DNA of 64,000 bases from a virus (taxonomy: Duplodnaviria > Caudoviricetes): positions 950-64,949 of IMG/VR virus record IMGVR_UViG_3300037863_000105. One strand, given 5' to 3'. The notes beneath the pieces are model-generated. The model did not search any database. It had not been told where the DNA came from and saw only the letters and a list, made by a program, of their open reading frames with translations. Shown here in pieces: positions 8,684 to 20,100 of this stretch; the stretch's first letter is position 1, and each line of letters opens with the position of its first letter. The position numbers and the translations under genes were made by a program.

Positions 8684-10507
8684 TTAGTACTTCTCTCCCC
8701 AGTTTTCAAGTGGTCCATCAATACCTGAGGTAAGCGGAACTGCCCAACCTTCAGTTGTAGTCATGCACTCCTTAACAATCCGTTGAATCTCTGCAACATC
8801 TTTTCTAGGAGCGTTGAGAACAATTTCATCGTGTACAGGAACAATTAACAAATCAGTTAAGTCTGCAGCGTCAAGTTTTATGAGGTTACTCTTAAAAATT
8901 TCTGCAGCACCACCTTGGATTAAATAGTTAACAAGTGTATAAGTTCTGTCATCGTCACAGGGGATTCGACGCCCAGTCCATGTGTAGACATAGCCTTGAC
9001 CTTCCTCGCGGAAACGTCGTTGACCAATGTTGTCAATCTCTTTTTGAAAGCGAATCATTCCTGGATAGTTAGAGTCAAATGAGTCAGAAACTTCTTGCAT
9101 TTGATGTTGAGGAACTCCAGCGGTGAGTGCTTGTTTTGCGACTCCCGCTCCGTAAAGACGACCGTAGACAACACCCTTGATGAGGTTACGTCTCTTGTCA
9201 GATTTTTCCATAGTTGGGTCTTGATAAACCTGACGGCCAATCTCTGTAAAGGGGTCAGAGCCTTCTAAGTCTGCACGGTTGAACAAACTAATAAGATTTG
9301 CATCTCCAGATAGCGAAGCAAACATGCGAAACTCAACTTGGTCAAGGTCAGAGGTAACAATTACGTGGTCTTTATCTTTAGGAATAAAGGCACGACGCAC
9401 AGTGGCATCACCTTTAGGTAGTGTTTGGAGTGCTGGGTCTGTGATTGACATACGAGAGGTACGAGCGCCAAGAGTTTTTACAGATGGGTGAAGAAGACCA
9501 TCTACGTTCTTGTCAATAAAGTTTGCAAAATAGGTTGTAGCAAGTTTGTCTGCTTTACGTTGTTGAAGAACAGTCTCAGCTAGGTTTTTAACTTCTGCAT
9601 TGCCATCAATGATTAGTCGCTTTAGTTGGTCTGCGCTTGCAGACTTCTGACCTGACGGAGTGTATTCTGTAATTTCAGCGCCAAGCTTTTCCATAAGACG
9701 TACTAACTGCACATTGCTTGTTATGGAGACATCGTAGGTGTTGTAAGCCCACAACTTTACCTTTTCGGTATAGTCAATAAGTTCTTCATACTTTTTCTTA
9801 GAGTAGTCAAGGTCTACACGAGCGCCGTTAATCTCCATGCGAGTAACAATCTTGCGTGTAGCCATTTCAAGTTCATAAGCCTTGTGATATTTGCCTTCTG
9901 GACCGCAGTGTTCCCAGTACATCTCCCACAAACGCATTGTTATGACAGTATCAAGTGCTCCGTAAGACCAGTAAGGTTCATAAGTTGTTGGAACACTTCC
10001 CCAAGTCCAACCGTTAGTTGCAAGGCTCTCATCTAGTTTGCTTTGTAGATGCGCAGCCATTGGGTCAATGTGTTGAGAGGCAAGTCTCTTAAGAGCACCA
10101 GAGCCTAAAGGGTCAATGATATGCGCCATAATCATCGTGTCGTGTACACGCTCCCACGGCATAATCCAATTAGATTTAATTGCAAACCATCTAGCTTCAA
10201 ATGCAACATTGTGGCAAACAATTGGCCCATCAAAACGTTCCATTGCCTCGTAGAAGACGCCTTTCCAGTCATCCCAGGGGATTGACCAGCCAGTCATACC
10301 ATCGCCAACCTGTACAAGTCTTAGGTCACCATGCCAAGGAGATAGAGCATCAGAACGAGGACGTCCAGGACGCTCACCTGTCTCAGTATCAATCGAGATT
10401 GCGTTATAGGGGCGTCGTTCACCCAACCAGTGGAGAAACTTCTCCGCGGTCTTTACGTTGTTAACTAGGTGTAGTTGTACACCTGATAAATCTCGTCGCT
10501 CTGTCAT
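8684..10507 (-). CDS. polA: family A DNA polymerase (3'-5' exonuclease plus polymerase domains)
   Basis: IDTETG, HNVAFE, YGALD exonuclease motifs; SDLDQVEFR, RNLIKGVVYGRLYGAG, VPVHDEIV polymerase motifs. Confidence 0.95.
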   Translation of the reverse strand: MTERRDLSGVQLHLVNNVKTAEKFLHWLGERRPYNAISIDTETGERPGRPRSDALSPWHGDLRLVQVGDGMTGWSIPWDDWKGVFYEAMERFDGPIVCHNVAFEARWFAIKSNWIMPWERVHDTMIMAHIIDPLGSGALKRLASQHIDPMAAHLQSKLDESLATNGWTWGSVPTTYEPYWSYGALDTVITMRLWEMYWEHCGPEGKYHKAYELEMATRKIVTRMEINGARVDLDYSKKKYEELIDYTEKVKLWAYNTYDVSITSNVQLVRLMEKLGAEITEYTPSGQKSASADQLKRLIIDGNAEVKNLAETVLQQRKADKLATTYFANFIDKNVDGLLHPSVKTLGARTSRMSITDPALQTLPKGDATVRRAFIPKDKDHVIVTSDLDQVEFRMFASLSGDANLISLFNRADLEGSDPFTEIGRQVYQDPTMEKSDKRRNLIKGVVYGRLYGAGVAKQALTAGVPQHQMQEVSDSFDSNYPGMIRFQKEIDNIGQRRFREEGQGYVYTWTGRRIPCDDDRTYTLVNYLIQGGAAEIFKSNLIKLDAADLTDLLIVPVHDEIVLNAPRKDVAEIQRIVKECMTTTEGWAVPLTSGIDGPLENWGEKY

Positions 10508-10547
10508 TTTTTCCTCTATATAGAAGGTGGTGCTTATTGTATAGCTT

Positions 10548-11018
10548 TTATGGAATCATCTCAACCCTGTAGAGCTTATCGATACTTAAATCTTGAAGTG
10601 CTGCTTGCTCAAGGAGTCTTTGAGCAACATTAGTTAGATATCTTGCTCCTCCTTGGTCATATTTGTAAAGAGCATCTAAAACAGGGGTAGGGTCATCACT
10701 TACTTGAGCCCAAGTACGGTCTTTCTCAGGGAAGACTATGGGCAGACTTCTGTTAGGGAAGCACTCTTCACAAGGTACAGCATCTGCTTTTAGCTCAGCT
10801 ACAGGGGCTTCTACAAGGGCGTAACGCTTTACAAGTGGACAAGCTGCTCCGTGATAAGTAATAGACACACCTATACGGGAAAGAATGTATGAACCATTCT
10901 CTGTTTTAAAAAGCTTAAACTCAATCCACCGAGTTGAGTCGCGACGCCATGAAGATGACTCCCCTAATAGTTTTCCGTTGAATTGGAGGGTACGAGAACC
11001 GTCCTTTACTTCATACAT
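10548..11018 (-). CDS. hypothetical phage protein
   Basis: 156 aa; coupled to the upstream gene by a 1-bp overlap. Confidence 0.65.
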   Translation of the reverse strand: MYEVKDGSRTLQFNGKLLGESSSWRRDSTRWIEFKLFKTENGSYILSRIGVSITYHGAACPLVKRYALVEAPVAELKADAVPCEECFPNRSLPIVFPEKDRTWAQVSDDPTPVLDALYKYDQGGARYLTNVAQRLLEQAALQDLSIDKLYRVEMIP

Positions 11019-11371
11019 TAGGCAGGTGTTTCCTCTTCTACTTCTTCTGGCTCTCGGTTTTTAAAGATATAACGAAACCAGTCAAGTGCTTCAGCGTAGC
11101 TTGATTCAATTTCTTTATAACCTAGAATAGGAGATGAAAAATCTGCAAGCGAGTCATCCAAACGGAGGGCTTGCAAGGTAAGAGAACGTTCTTGCATATG
11201 TAAAACAATATTATCTAAATGTGTGTATATGCTAAGCAAAGGTATTAAAGTTAGCTCTTCTTCAGGCATACTCACACCAAGTCTTGTTTCAAATGACTCT
11301 TCGCCAAGAGATACGGTTTTGGCTAAATATGGTCTTAAACCGCTTACATACACCGCGTTATAACTTATCAT
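11018..11371 (-). CDS. hypothetical protein directly after the tail fibre gene (possible fibre-associated)
   Basis: 117 aa; 4-bp overlap with the fibre gene. Confidence 0.55.
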   Translation of the reverse strand: MISYNAVYVSGLRPYLAKTVSLGEESFETRLGVSMPEEELTLIPLLSIYTHLDNIVLHMQERSLTLQALRLDDSLADFSSPILGYKEIESSYAEALDWFRYIFKNREPEEVEEETPA

Positions 11372-12816
11372 TTTGTTTCCTTTAGTCTCTGAATCTCTTC
11401 TTTAAGAGAGTCTATCTCATTTTGATGCCTCTTGAGTAAATCTATGACATATATAGACAGCAAGTCATACCTTAAAGATGCAGGGAGACCCTCTTTATCA
11501 TACCCGACTACTTCCTCAATTCCAGCTTCAAGAACTTCTTCAGCAATGAGTCCTAAAACCCAAGGTCTATTATTGGTATCTCCTACTTGTTCGTCTCTAT
11601 GAGTAGCTTTATATTTAAAAATTTTAGTTTGTAGGTTTAGAAGTTTTGTACCATCGACTTCATAATCTGTAATGTCTTTCTTAAATCTTTGAGATGATGA
11701 AGGTGGTTGATTATTAGCTGGGTGAGTATGATTTCCTGTTGGAATAGTTCCAGTTGTGTTACCAAAATTTAAATCAACATAAGCATATCCCGAAGGACTA
11801 CGCGGAGCTAAAATTATACCTCCATAAGATACTGCAGTTATACCTTTAACCGTTATTGCCGCTGCAGAACGTATACTAACATTTGCTGAGCTAACCGCCT
11901 CGGCTGCTATCTTTTGAGAAGTTACGGCTCCATCTGCAAGCTTTGCAGTTGTTACTGACCCATTTGCTGGAGGAAAAGATACACTTGTAGCAATCTTCGC
12001 TTGTGTAACTTGTAAATTCCCAATTGCAGCAGTAAGTACAGCACCGTCGTTAATTTTTGTAGAGGTTATGGCATCATCAGCAATTTTATCTCTAGTTACA
12101 GCAAGGTTAACAATAGCGTCAGTATCTACGGCTCCAATCCCAATTTCAGAGAGACCAACTGCATTTAATCCAATAGCATCTTCGTCTACTGAGCCTGGGC
12201 CATAGTGTTCAGAATCGATTGAATCATCAACATACTCTGCAGAATCAACTGAGTTATCAGCCATCTCACCGTTTTGGATAGCATCTAATCCAACCGCTGC
12301 GCTGTCTACTGAGCCTGGGCCATAGTGTTCAGAATCGATTGAATCATCAACATACTCTGCAGAATCAACTGAGTTATCGGTGAGTTCGCCATTACCAACT
12401 GCGTTTAGACCAATTGCTTCGATGTCAACAGAGCCTGGTCCGTAGTGTTCGGAGTCAATAGAGTCGTCTCTATAGTTCTCGGAGTCAACAGCATCTGTAG
12501 CAAGCTCGGAGTTTCCAACAGCATCTGGACCAATTTCATCTGACCCAACTGAACCATCTTCAATCTCACTGCTACCTACTGCACCAGCTCTAATTTTTGC
12601 AGCCGTGATTGCATCGTTTTCAATATTTGAGTTTACAACAGCATTAAGTGCAATCTGGTCTGTACCAACAGCTCTAGGTTGAATATTACTTCTAATTACT
12701 GCTTGATTACCAATTTTAGAAAGAGATGGTTTAGCTTCTAAATACTTAATTCTTCTTTTAACTTCAGAAATGTTACCAGTTATAGTCCTGCGACTTGAGC
12801 CTCTTCTACTTGCCAT
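11368..12816 (-). CDS. tail fibre with 10-residue repeats and C-terminal intramolecular chaperone (peptidase S74-like)
   Basis: AVT.AKIA-type decamers; SSQRFKKDI...LGLIAEEV...LRYD...coiled-coil chaperone signature. Confidence 0.85.
   Translation of the reverse strand: MASRRGSSRRTITGNISEVKRRIKYLEAKPSLSKIGNQAVIRSNIQPRAVGTDQIALNAVVNSNIENDAITAAKIRAGAVGSSEIEDGSVGSDEIGPDAVGNSELATDAVDSENYRDDSIDSEHYGPGSVDIEAIGLNAVGNGELTDNSVDSAEYVDDSIDSEHYGPGSVDSAAVGLDAIQNGEMADNSVDSAEYVDDSIDSEHYGPGSVDEDAIGLNAVGLSEIGIGAVDTDAIVNLAVTRDKIADDAITSTKINDGAVLTAAIGNLQVTQAKIATSVSFPPANGSVTTAKLADGAVTSQKIAAEAVSSANVSIRSAAAITVKGITAVSYGGIILAPRSPSGYAYVDLNFGNTTGTIPTGNHTHPANNQPPSSSQRFKKDITDYEVDGTKLLNLQTKIFKYKATHRDEQVGDTNNRPWVLGLIAEEVLEAGIEEVVGYDKEGLPASLRYDLLSIYVIDLLKRHQNEIDSLKEEIQRLKETK
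12184..12498. repeat. 120-bp-period tandem repeat inside the tail fibre gene
   Basis: 75 identical bp at 12184-12258 and 12304-12378; diverged third copy from about 12424. Confidence 0.9.
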
Positions 12817-14815
12817 CTCGTTGTGTCTTCCAATCTGTTAGAAGTTCCAAATCTACAGTTTCAGGGAATGTAGGACTATCTGGAACATTTACTTTTATAG
12901 AGTTTATCTTTCGATAAAGCCTGTCATCGCCTGGTTCTTGGTCACTTGCTAGTCTTTGTAAAATAAACTCATCATCTGCAGCTAGTGTGCACCAGTCTCC
13001 TGGATAGTATGAACCAATTATAGGAGCAATAGAACCGTTAACACTCAATGAGTAAGTGCCAATAGGTGGCATAGATTCGTATAAGAAGTCAACAGCATGC
13101 TCATAAAGAGTGCCCTCATCTTCAATCGCATCGAGTTGTTCTACTTGGTCAAGTAATGGCCAACTACGACCATTTACATTATTAAGCATATCTTTTGCTG
13201 TTGCCCCCGCGTAAGGCTGGCTAGCATCGTCTGTTAAATCTTCAATATTTCCAACTGTAAAAAATCGTGTGGCAGCATCCTCTGCTGATTCATCTACAGA
13301 GAAGTTGAAGATATTCCCAGGGTAGATAAATACTAACTCTTCTGCACCTAGTTCTTTTGGTGTGTATTTTCTACTATTTTCATAATCTATTGCAGTTTCT
13401 TGAGATAGCCAGAGAGTCCTTGTAAATTGACCAGTATTGTAGTCATAATCGCAATCAATACGATAATTAAAACCACCACTAGTTGTATTGGAGTAAGCCT
13501 CTAAAAGCTCTCCTACAGTTTTTTGTTCAAAACCACGGATTATCTGAGTATCTTGGTAGAAACCACTCAATATAGTTCCAAATGGTGGACTATAGAAATC
13601 AATACCGATGTCAGCATTTGCTACATAACTTCCATAATCTCCATAAATAACTTTAGAACCTAGTGTTGCCACTCCACCTCTTGCAGATTCAGAAGGTACG
13701 TTAAGAATCCCAGGGGACCTGAAAGTAAGAGTGTTGGCTGTAGGAGTACCAGTAATTGTGAATCTTCCATTAAAAATAGTGTCAAGTCTTCCAGAGAGGT
13801 AAGAATCAATTCCTGTAATAATTACAGTGTTCCCAACCGAAGCTTGATGAGGACCCTCCAGTGTTAAGAGAGCAACAAAATCTACTAATTGTTTTGTCGA
13901 AACGTTGAGGGTTCTAATACCTGGAAGTGCTGTTGCAGCTAGGTCTGGTCCGTTTAATTCGTATTTTATAGTTCTTACATCGGGAATCTCAGAACAAGTG
14001 AAAATACCGTCTAATCCAGAGCCAACTTCTACTACTTGAATTTCTTGACCAGGGACTAGCTCATGGTCTTGAGATGTACGAAGTGTTACTATGTTTCCAG
14101 AGCGCTGTTTGGATATGATAGAAACTTGAAATTCTTTTGCAGGCTTAATTGCTTCATTAGGGAAACCAAGGCCCCCTAAATCAGTAGACATTCTGTATAT
14201 AAGGTCTCGAGCAAAATCGTAATTATCTACAAGACTTCTACATGCTCCACTAATAATTCCTGTACCGCTACCGTTAGCAGATGTTGTAGAGAATTGATAA
14301 CTAGTTGCGCTAGGGACACCTGTAACTGAATGAACACCATCTACAATCGGGCTTGTGAAGGTAATTTTTACTTTGTCATTGACAGAGAACCCATGAGGGG
14401 TTTCTGTATTAATAGTTGCTACACCACTTGTGACATTGAAACTAGGAATTCCAATAAACTCTGAACCATATTGAATAGTCTGCCAAATCTGACGGTGGTA
14501 TAGATAGCTAGTAAATTCAGCGCCATCAACTGACATAGCCCTACTTGCAGCATCATATGAACGAGACCAAATTATTCCGCCCCATACACATATATTATTT
14601 CTTACAACGTAAAGTCCAGTTCTACCAGGCATTGTTGACTCATATAGGTTTATACCTTTTGTAGCCTCAATGAAGGGGATAGTTCCGCTAAAAGTTCCAG
14701 CACGTTTATTTGCTCTTTCAAAAGAAACACCTTTAAATGGTATCTCTGCAATAACAGAATTACTTAAAAGGTCAGTAAGAAAGTATCTATATACAACTTC
14801 TGTCTGTAGCGTCAT
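12806..14815 (-). CDS. minor tail (tail tip/hub) protein with 3 beta-sandwich inserts
   Basis: Position after the distal tail protein; N-terminal IAEIPF..VSFER...AGTFSG pattern of actinophage minor tail proteins; T..PHG repeats. Confidence 0.7.
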   Translation of the reverse strand: MTLQTEVVYRYFLTDLLSNSVIAEIPFKGVSFERANKRAGTFSGTIPFIEATKGINLYESTMPGRTGLYVVRNNICVWGGIIWSRSYDAASRAMSVDGAEFTSYLYHRQIWQTIQYGSEFIGIPSFNVTSGVATINTETPHGFSVNDKVKITFTSPIVDGVHSVTGVPSATSYQFSTTSANGSGTGIISGACRSLVDNYDFARDLIYRMSTDLGGLGFPNEAIKPAKEFQVSIISKQRSGNIVTLRTSQDHELVPGQEIQVVEVGSGLDGIFTCSEIPDVRTIKYELNGPDLAATALPGIRTLNVSTKQLVDFVALLTLEGPHQASVGNTVIITGIDSYLSGRLDTIFNGRFTITGTPTANTLTFRSPGILNVPSESARGGVATLGSKVIYGDYGSYVANADIGIDFYSPPFGTILSGFYQDTQIIRGFEQKTVGELLEAYSNTTSGGFNYRIDCDYDYNTGQFTRTLWLSQETAIDYENSRKYTPKELGAEELVFIYPGNIFNFSVDESAEDAATRFFTVGNIEDLTDDASQPYAGATAKDMLNNVNGRSWPLLDQVEQLDAIEDEGTLYEHAVDFLYESMPPIGTYSLSVNGSIAPIIGSYYPGDWCTLAADDEFILQRLASDQEPGDDRLYRKINSIKVNVPDSPTFPETVDLELLTDWKTQRDGK

Positions 14816-14839
14816 CTTTTGTCCTATCTATGTCTTTAG

Positions 14840-17164
14840 TTATGCAAGCCACCCAGAGCGGTAATATACCCTCAGGGTTGCAGTACTTTCTTGATTTCCA
14901 TTGTCATAAAACTCAATCTGGTTATCGCCAGGAGCAAGTTCAATAAAGTCAGCTAATATGTCAATGTAACCTCGGGCTCCATCTACATCTCCATTAAAAG
15001 CAACTTCTCTATTCTTTGTATCAATTTCTAAAATATCAGCACTTAATACTCCAGTTGCTCCTATAATTCCTGGAGTAAACTGAACATCATTCTTTTTAAC
15101 AGCGATTCCAGAAGACAATGTCTTCACAATGGTGTCAGATACAGATGCTGTACCAGTTGCTCCACTAAATGCAAGTGTACCAGCAACAGTGGCCTCGCCC
15201 TCGGGAATTACATCTTGAGAAGTGATTGTCCCTGGCAGTTGGGAAAATGCCCCCGTAACATCAGCGGCTACAACATTTGTTGCAGTTTTACTATAAGTAA
15301 AAGTATTATTTGTAGGTATAGATGCAACTGTGTAGGTACCGTTAAAAGTTGCATCAATTCCAGATATAACAACTTGCTCTCCTAAAACTGCACCATGAGC
15401 ATTGGTTGTAGTGATAGTTGCAATATTTCCAATAAGTTGACGTGACTTAATTTGACGCCTATTTGCACGGATAGTTACATTATTTACGGTTGTTGCAGTT
15501 GACTCTGGTAACCCTGATTTAGTAAATGTCAAGGTAGTACTAGAAGGAAGAGTGGTAATCGTATAAGTCCCATTTAGAGTAGGGCTTCCTACTACTGTTA
15601 TATCTTCTCCAATAAGGTACCCGTGGGCATCGGAAGTAGTGATAGTCACAGTTGTTCCAGATACCGAAGTAAGAACTACTGTTTTTTGAGTTGACCGAAC
15701 TCTAGTATAGGAAAAAGTTGTAGAAGTGGTAGAAGCTATCGTGTATCCGCCATTTAAAGATATATCAACCAAAGACACATTTACAGGCTCTCCTACAACA
15801 AAACCATGAGGACTTGCAGCCGTAAGAGTTACAAGGTCATTAGTCATAGATTTTCTAATAATTGATTTAGCATTGGTTCTTGTAGCCGCGTACGTAAATT
15901 GGTTATCAGAAGGAGTAGAGATAATTATTGCTGAAGTCTTATTATAGTTTTCGCTAACTCCTGTGACTGTTACAGACTCACCAACAATAAATTGATGAGG
16001 GCCATCAGTAGTAAGAGTAGCAATGTTGGATATAAGAACGCTTCCAATGATAGTTCTAGGAGGGATTCTAGTCTTTGCAAAACTAAAGCTAGAAGAGGTT
16101 GGCACTGCAGAGATTGTGTATGTACCATCAAAAAGACTATCGACCCCAACTATTGTTATAGATTGCCCATTAGAAAATCCATGAGGGGTTGTTGTGCTTA
16201 TTGTTGCAACTCCAAGAGCTAGTGCTTTATATGAAGTATTTTTAACAGTTGCTGCCTCTGCAACGTATGTAAAAGTTGTATCAGTTGGAACTGAAGTAAT
16301 AATCTGTTCACCATCAAAAGGTGCGCCAATACCAGATATAAAAACAGTATTACCAGTAAGAAAATCATGTTTAGCAGTAGTGGTAAGTGTTGCAATATCA
16401 GTTAATGTTGCTGTACTAAATGATAATTGCTTATTAACAATACTTCTAGAGACACCGCCGTTGAGTTTTTGAATAACTCCAATTAGCTGATTAGTAGTTC
16501 TATTCCACACCTCACCAGGTGCAGAAAATTCTCCAGATATTTCTAAGTAGCAAGGTACAGAATAGTTACCAATATTAGTTATATTACCTACCCCCGAAGT
16601 ACCACTTAGAGTGTTTCTTGCTGGGATTTCCACATACTGATAGCCGTCTGGCTCAGCGTCATTCCATGAGTATTTAATTGGGTCAGCAGCACGTAGCGGT
16701 ATTGAGAATTCTGTCCTACCGCGAGGATTTACTGTATTAAAATTTACATCTCCAGCAAGTCTTACAAATGCCGCCCTGATTGGGTCATTACCAGTTTTTA
16801 GCCATGCACCTTTGTAAACAAGGTTTATAGCAGAGGTAAGACGGTCTCGAGCAGCCTCAACGAGAGAGGGGTCTGAGACTAAAAATACTCCTGAAAGAGT
16901 TAAAAAACGTGCAGCATATCTTCCTTGTACATCATAGGAGCCATCTCCCCAACCACGAGCAATATCTGGCACATCTGAAGGTGGAAGATTCCACCAACCA
17001 TCAATGTCGGTAACAACCCAAACTATCCCTAAGTCGTCAATTGTGTTAAAAATAAAGTCATTAAGTATGATATTTCCTTGAAGTTTTAGCTTCTCGATAT
17101 CATTTGGTTGTAGAGGGGTTAAGCCTAGGTTTACATATTTATTTTCCCTGGATTGAGTCGTCAT
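14840..17164 (-). CDS. distal tail (Dit-like) protein carrying 6 AT.TT...HG...G..V.I.G...F.G.Y.I...P....F.Y repeats
   Basis: Immediately after tape measure; DIDGWW...RGWGDG, LRAADPIKY, FIELAPGDNQI, YRSGW Dit-type ends. Confidence 0.75.
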   Translation of the reverse strand: MTTQSRENKYVNLGLTPLQPNDIEKLKLQGNIILNDFIFNTIDDLGIVWVVTDIDGWWNLPPSDVPDIARGWGDGSYDVQGRYAARFLTLSGVFLVSDPSLVEAARDRLTSAINLVYKGAWLKTGNDPIRAAFVRLAGDVNFNTVNPRGRTEFSIPLRAADPIKYSWNDAEPDGYQYVEIPARNTLSGTSGVGNITNIGNYSVPCYLEISGEFSAPGEVWNRTTNQLIGVIQKLNGGVSRSIVNKQLSFSTATLTDIATLTTTAKHDFLTGNTVFISGIGAPFDGEQIITSVPTDTTFTYVAEAATVKNTSYKALALGVATISTTTPHGFSNGQSITIVGVDSLFDGTYTISAVPTSSSFSFAKTRIPPRTIIGSVLISNIATLTTDGPHQFIVGESVTVTGVSENYNKTSAIIISTPSDNQFTYAATRTNAKSIIRKSMTNDLVTLTAASPHGFVVGEPVNVSLVDISLNGGYTIASTTSTTFSYTRVRSTQKTVVLTSVSGTTVTITTSDAHGYLIGEDITVVGSPTLNGTYTITTLPSSTTLTFTKSGLPESTATTVNNVTIRANRRQIKSRQLIGNIATITTTNAHGAVLGEQVVISGIDATFNGTYTVASIPTNNTFTYSKTATNVVAADVTGAFSQLPGTITSQDVIPEGEATVAGTLAFSGATGTASVSDTIVKTLSSGIAVKKNDVQFTPGIIGATGVLSADILEIDTKNREVAFNGDVDGARGYIDILADFIELAPGDNQIEFYDNGNQESTATLRVYYRSGWLA

Positions 17165-20100
17165 TATGCAGCGCCTACTCTCATTTGCTGTGCAAGTCTA
17201 CGGGATACAAGTTCTGCAAGTTCCCGTTCATTCATTCCAGCAGAAGGGTTAACAACGATAGTTATACCTCTACCAGCCCCACCAGACATGTAATCAATCA
17301 TAGCTTTATCACGCTTTGAAAGGCCATTAGCATCAAGTGGCTCAACGCGCTCTGCTCTGCCGCCTTCACCAATCATTGCCATCATTCCGCCTGGCGTTGC
17401 TGGGATAACCCCTCCTTGAGCAAGTCTTGGGAATCCAATTTCAACTTTTGGAATGCTAACACCAAGAACTTTAAAACCACCAATAGTGAGTTTTTTGCTT
17501 GCTACGTTAGCATTCCACCAATTTTTAACACCTTGCCAAGCTGCTTGTATTCCACCAAGAAGACCACTCCATAAGCCACTTAAGGCTTTAGTCATTCTAC
17601 CTGGTAGACCCGTTACATATGGAATTAAAGTACCTGTAATATAACCAGTTACAGCTTTCCAAGCTGTAGAGATTCCATCAGATAAGAAAGTCCAAACTTT
17701 TGAAGCAAGATTTAAAATTTTACCTGGAAGACTTGTGTAAAATTTAAAAATTCTTATAAAATAATCAACAACAAAATCCCAAGCAATTTCAATTCCATCA
17801 GATAAGAAATTCCAGATTTTTTTAACAAATTCAAGAACCCTACCTGGAAGTGCTTTAAACCATGGGAATACTACATCTGTAAAGAATGCAGTTATCTGAG
17901 GCCAGAATTTAAGAATCAACGTAGGAATTGGGAAGAGAATAAAAGCTAATATCTTTAGAGCTTTTAAACCAAACTCTTTTAGTTTTGGTACAAATGTTTC
18001 TGTAAAGAAGTTAGAGATTTTCTCTCCAATACCACTTATTAGCTCAGGAATTTTTTCAAAAATCTTGCCAAATATCTCTCCAAGTTTAGGAATCAATCCT
18101 CTAAAAAATGCAACAATCTTGTCCCAGTTTTCAATAATAAGTGGCAACAAAAGTAAGATAATTCCAATAGGACCACCTAGTAGTGCGAGACCTCTACCAG
18201 CGGCACGAAGACCAACCCCAGCAACTCGGCCAGCTGCTCCTAAACCACGTAAAGCAACTGCTTTAACATTAGTTCCTACTGAAGCAAGTCTAGCTTTTAT
18301 ACCAAACTGTTGTACTTTTGTTGCAGATGTACTGAGTGCCGTTCTTGCAGTACCTGCTGCTATTTTTACTTTATCTAGTGCTCCGCCTAGACCACGTTTT
18401 ATACCGTCAGCAGCGCCTTTAATAGTTGGTCTTGCTTTTTTTGAAGAGTTAGTAACTGAATCAATACCTCTTGCTGCTTGCTTACCTGAAGTGAAGATGC
18501 CATTCATAGCATCTTTCTTTTGACGGTCAACAATCATCTGCTTTTTAAGCTCTGCTCGAGTTAGACCAGAGCCCTTGCGGAGAGCTGCAAATGGGTCTTT
18601 AGCAAATTTAAATATTTTAATGAAAACACCAGAGAACGCAAGACCGACAAATTTAAGTACTCTAAGTACTAAACCAAAACCTTTTGCAAGACCAGCTATT
18701 GTTCCAACAAATATAAGTATTTTTTGAACAACTGCATTACCAAATATTTCATTAGCAATATCTAATGCGCCATTAAGAACTTTAAAGAAAGCCTCGATGC
18801 TTCCGCTGTCTGTTAGCTTCTCACTAAGGAGTGCAAACTTCTCAATAAGTGTACCAAGACCAGAGGCAGCACCACCCTTACCAGTAAGTTTTTCACCGAT
18901 ACGACCAAAGGTGTCTACTGCTTTATTAAGTGAGTCAATAAACTCTCCAGTGCCTGGATTATCTCCAAGTTTGAAAAGCTCTCCTATGATATTTCCAACT
19001 AAGTCAAGAATTTTTGTAAAGTTTATAGTTGCATCGTTAAAAAACTTTTTTAAACTTCCATCTTTTTTACCAGCAGAAGTAAACGCTTTAAAATTATCAG
19101 CTGCCTTTTTCAGATAACCAACAAGAATATCAACAGCACCGCCTTCTTCAATGATGACGGAAAAAATATCTTTTAGACCATCGTAGAATGGCTTAATAGC
19201 ATCCCCGATATCAGCAAGAATTTCTCCAATACGGTCAAACTTTTTAGTTAGAGTTCCATTCTGATTATTTAATTTTTGAGTTTCTGACCACGTTCCAGTA
19301 ACTAATGCAAGCCACTTGCCAAATTTTGTAATTAGTGGACCAGCTGCTTCTAAGATATTTAAAAATCCTGTGTAAAGATTTCCAACAACTTTACCTAAGT
19401 TACGAATAAGAGTGTCGTTGGTCTTCCAAACACTCTCAAGACTTTTTAAGTTATCCCCATCTGTAATAACTTTAGATAAGTTAATAGCTACATCGCCAAG
19501 GGCATCCCCAGTTCCCTTGAGTAGTGGAGCTAGCTTTGGAAATAAGTTTTTTACTAAATTATTAATTGCTATTTCTAATTTAGGGAAGAGCTCTTCACCA
19601 GCTGCTGCTTTTAATTTTTTAAATTCACCTTGAATACTAATTAAGTATTTTACAAATCTTTGAGCTTCAGGGGATAGCTTTTCTAATGCTTTTTGGAACG
19701 CATCAGTAACCCCAGCGCCAGCATCTGCCACACCTTTTTTAGCATCTACTACTGCTTGATTTGCATCAGCAAGAGTTCTATTAATATCACGGAATGCTTT
19801 ACCGCTATCTATATCTTTTTGGGAGTTTTTAGCATCTGCAATGGCTTGGTCAGCATCAATTCTTGCTCTAGATGCATTTAATCTTGCATCTCTTTCATCC
19901 TGAACAGCATCAATTACTTCTTGAGTATCTTTAATATCCGTGGCACGAAGTTTGGCTACTTCTACAGTTTTCTTTTTCTCCGAGTCTTTTAAATCAGCAT
20001 TTCTATCAATTGCTTTACGAAGATTTAAGTCTGCCTCAGAGAATGCAAGTTCTGCTTCTTGACGTGCTCGGGAGTTGGGGGGAAGGTCTTGAACTCTTTG

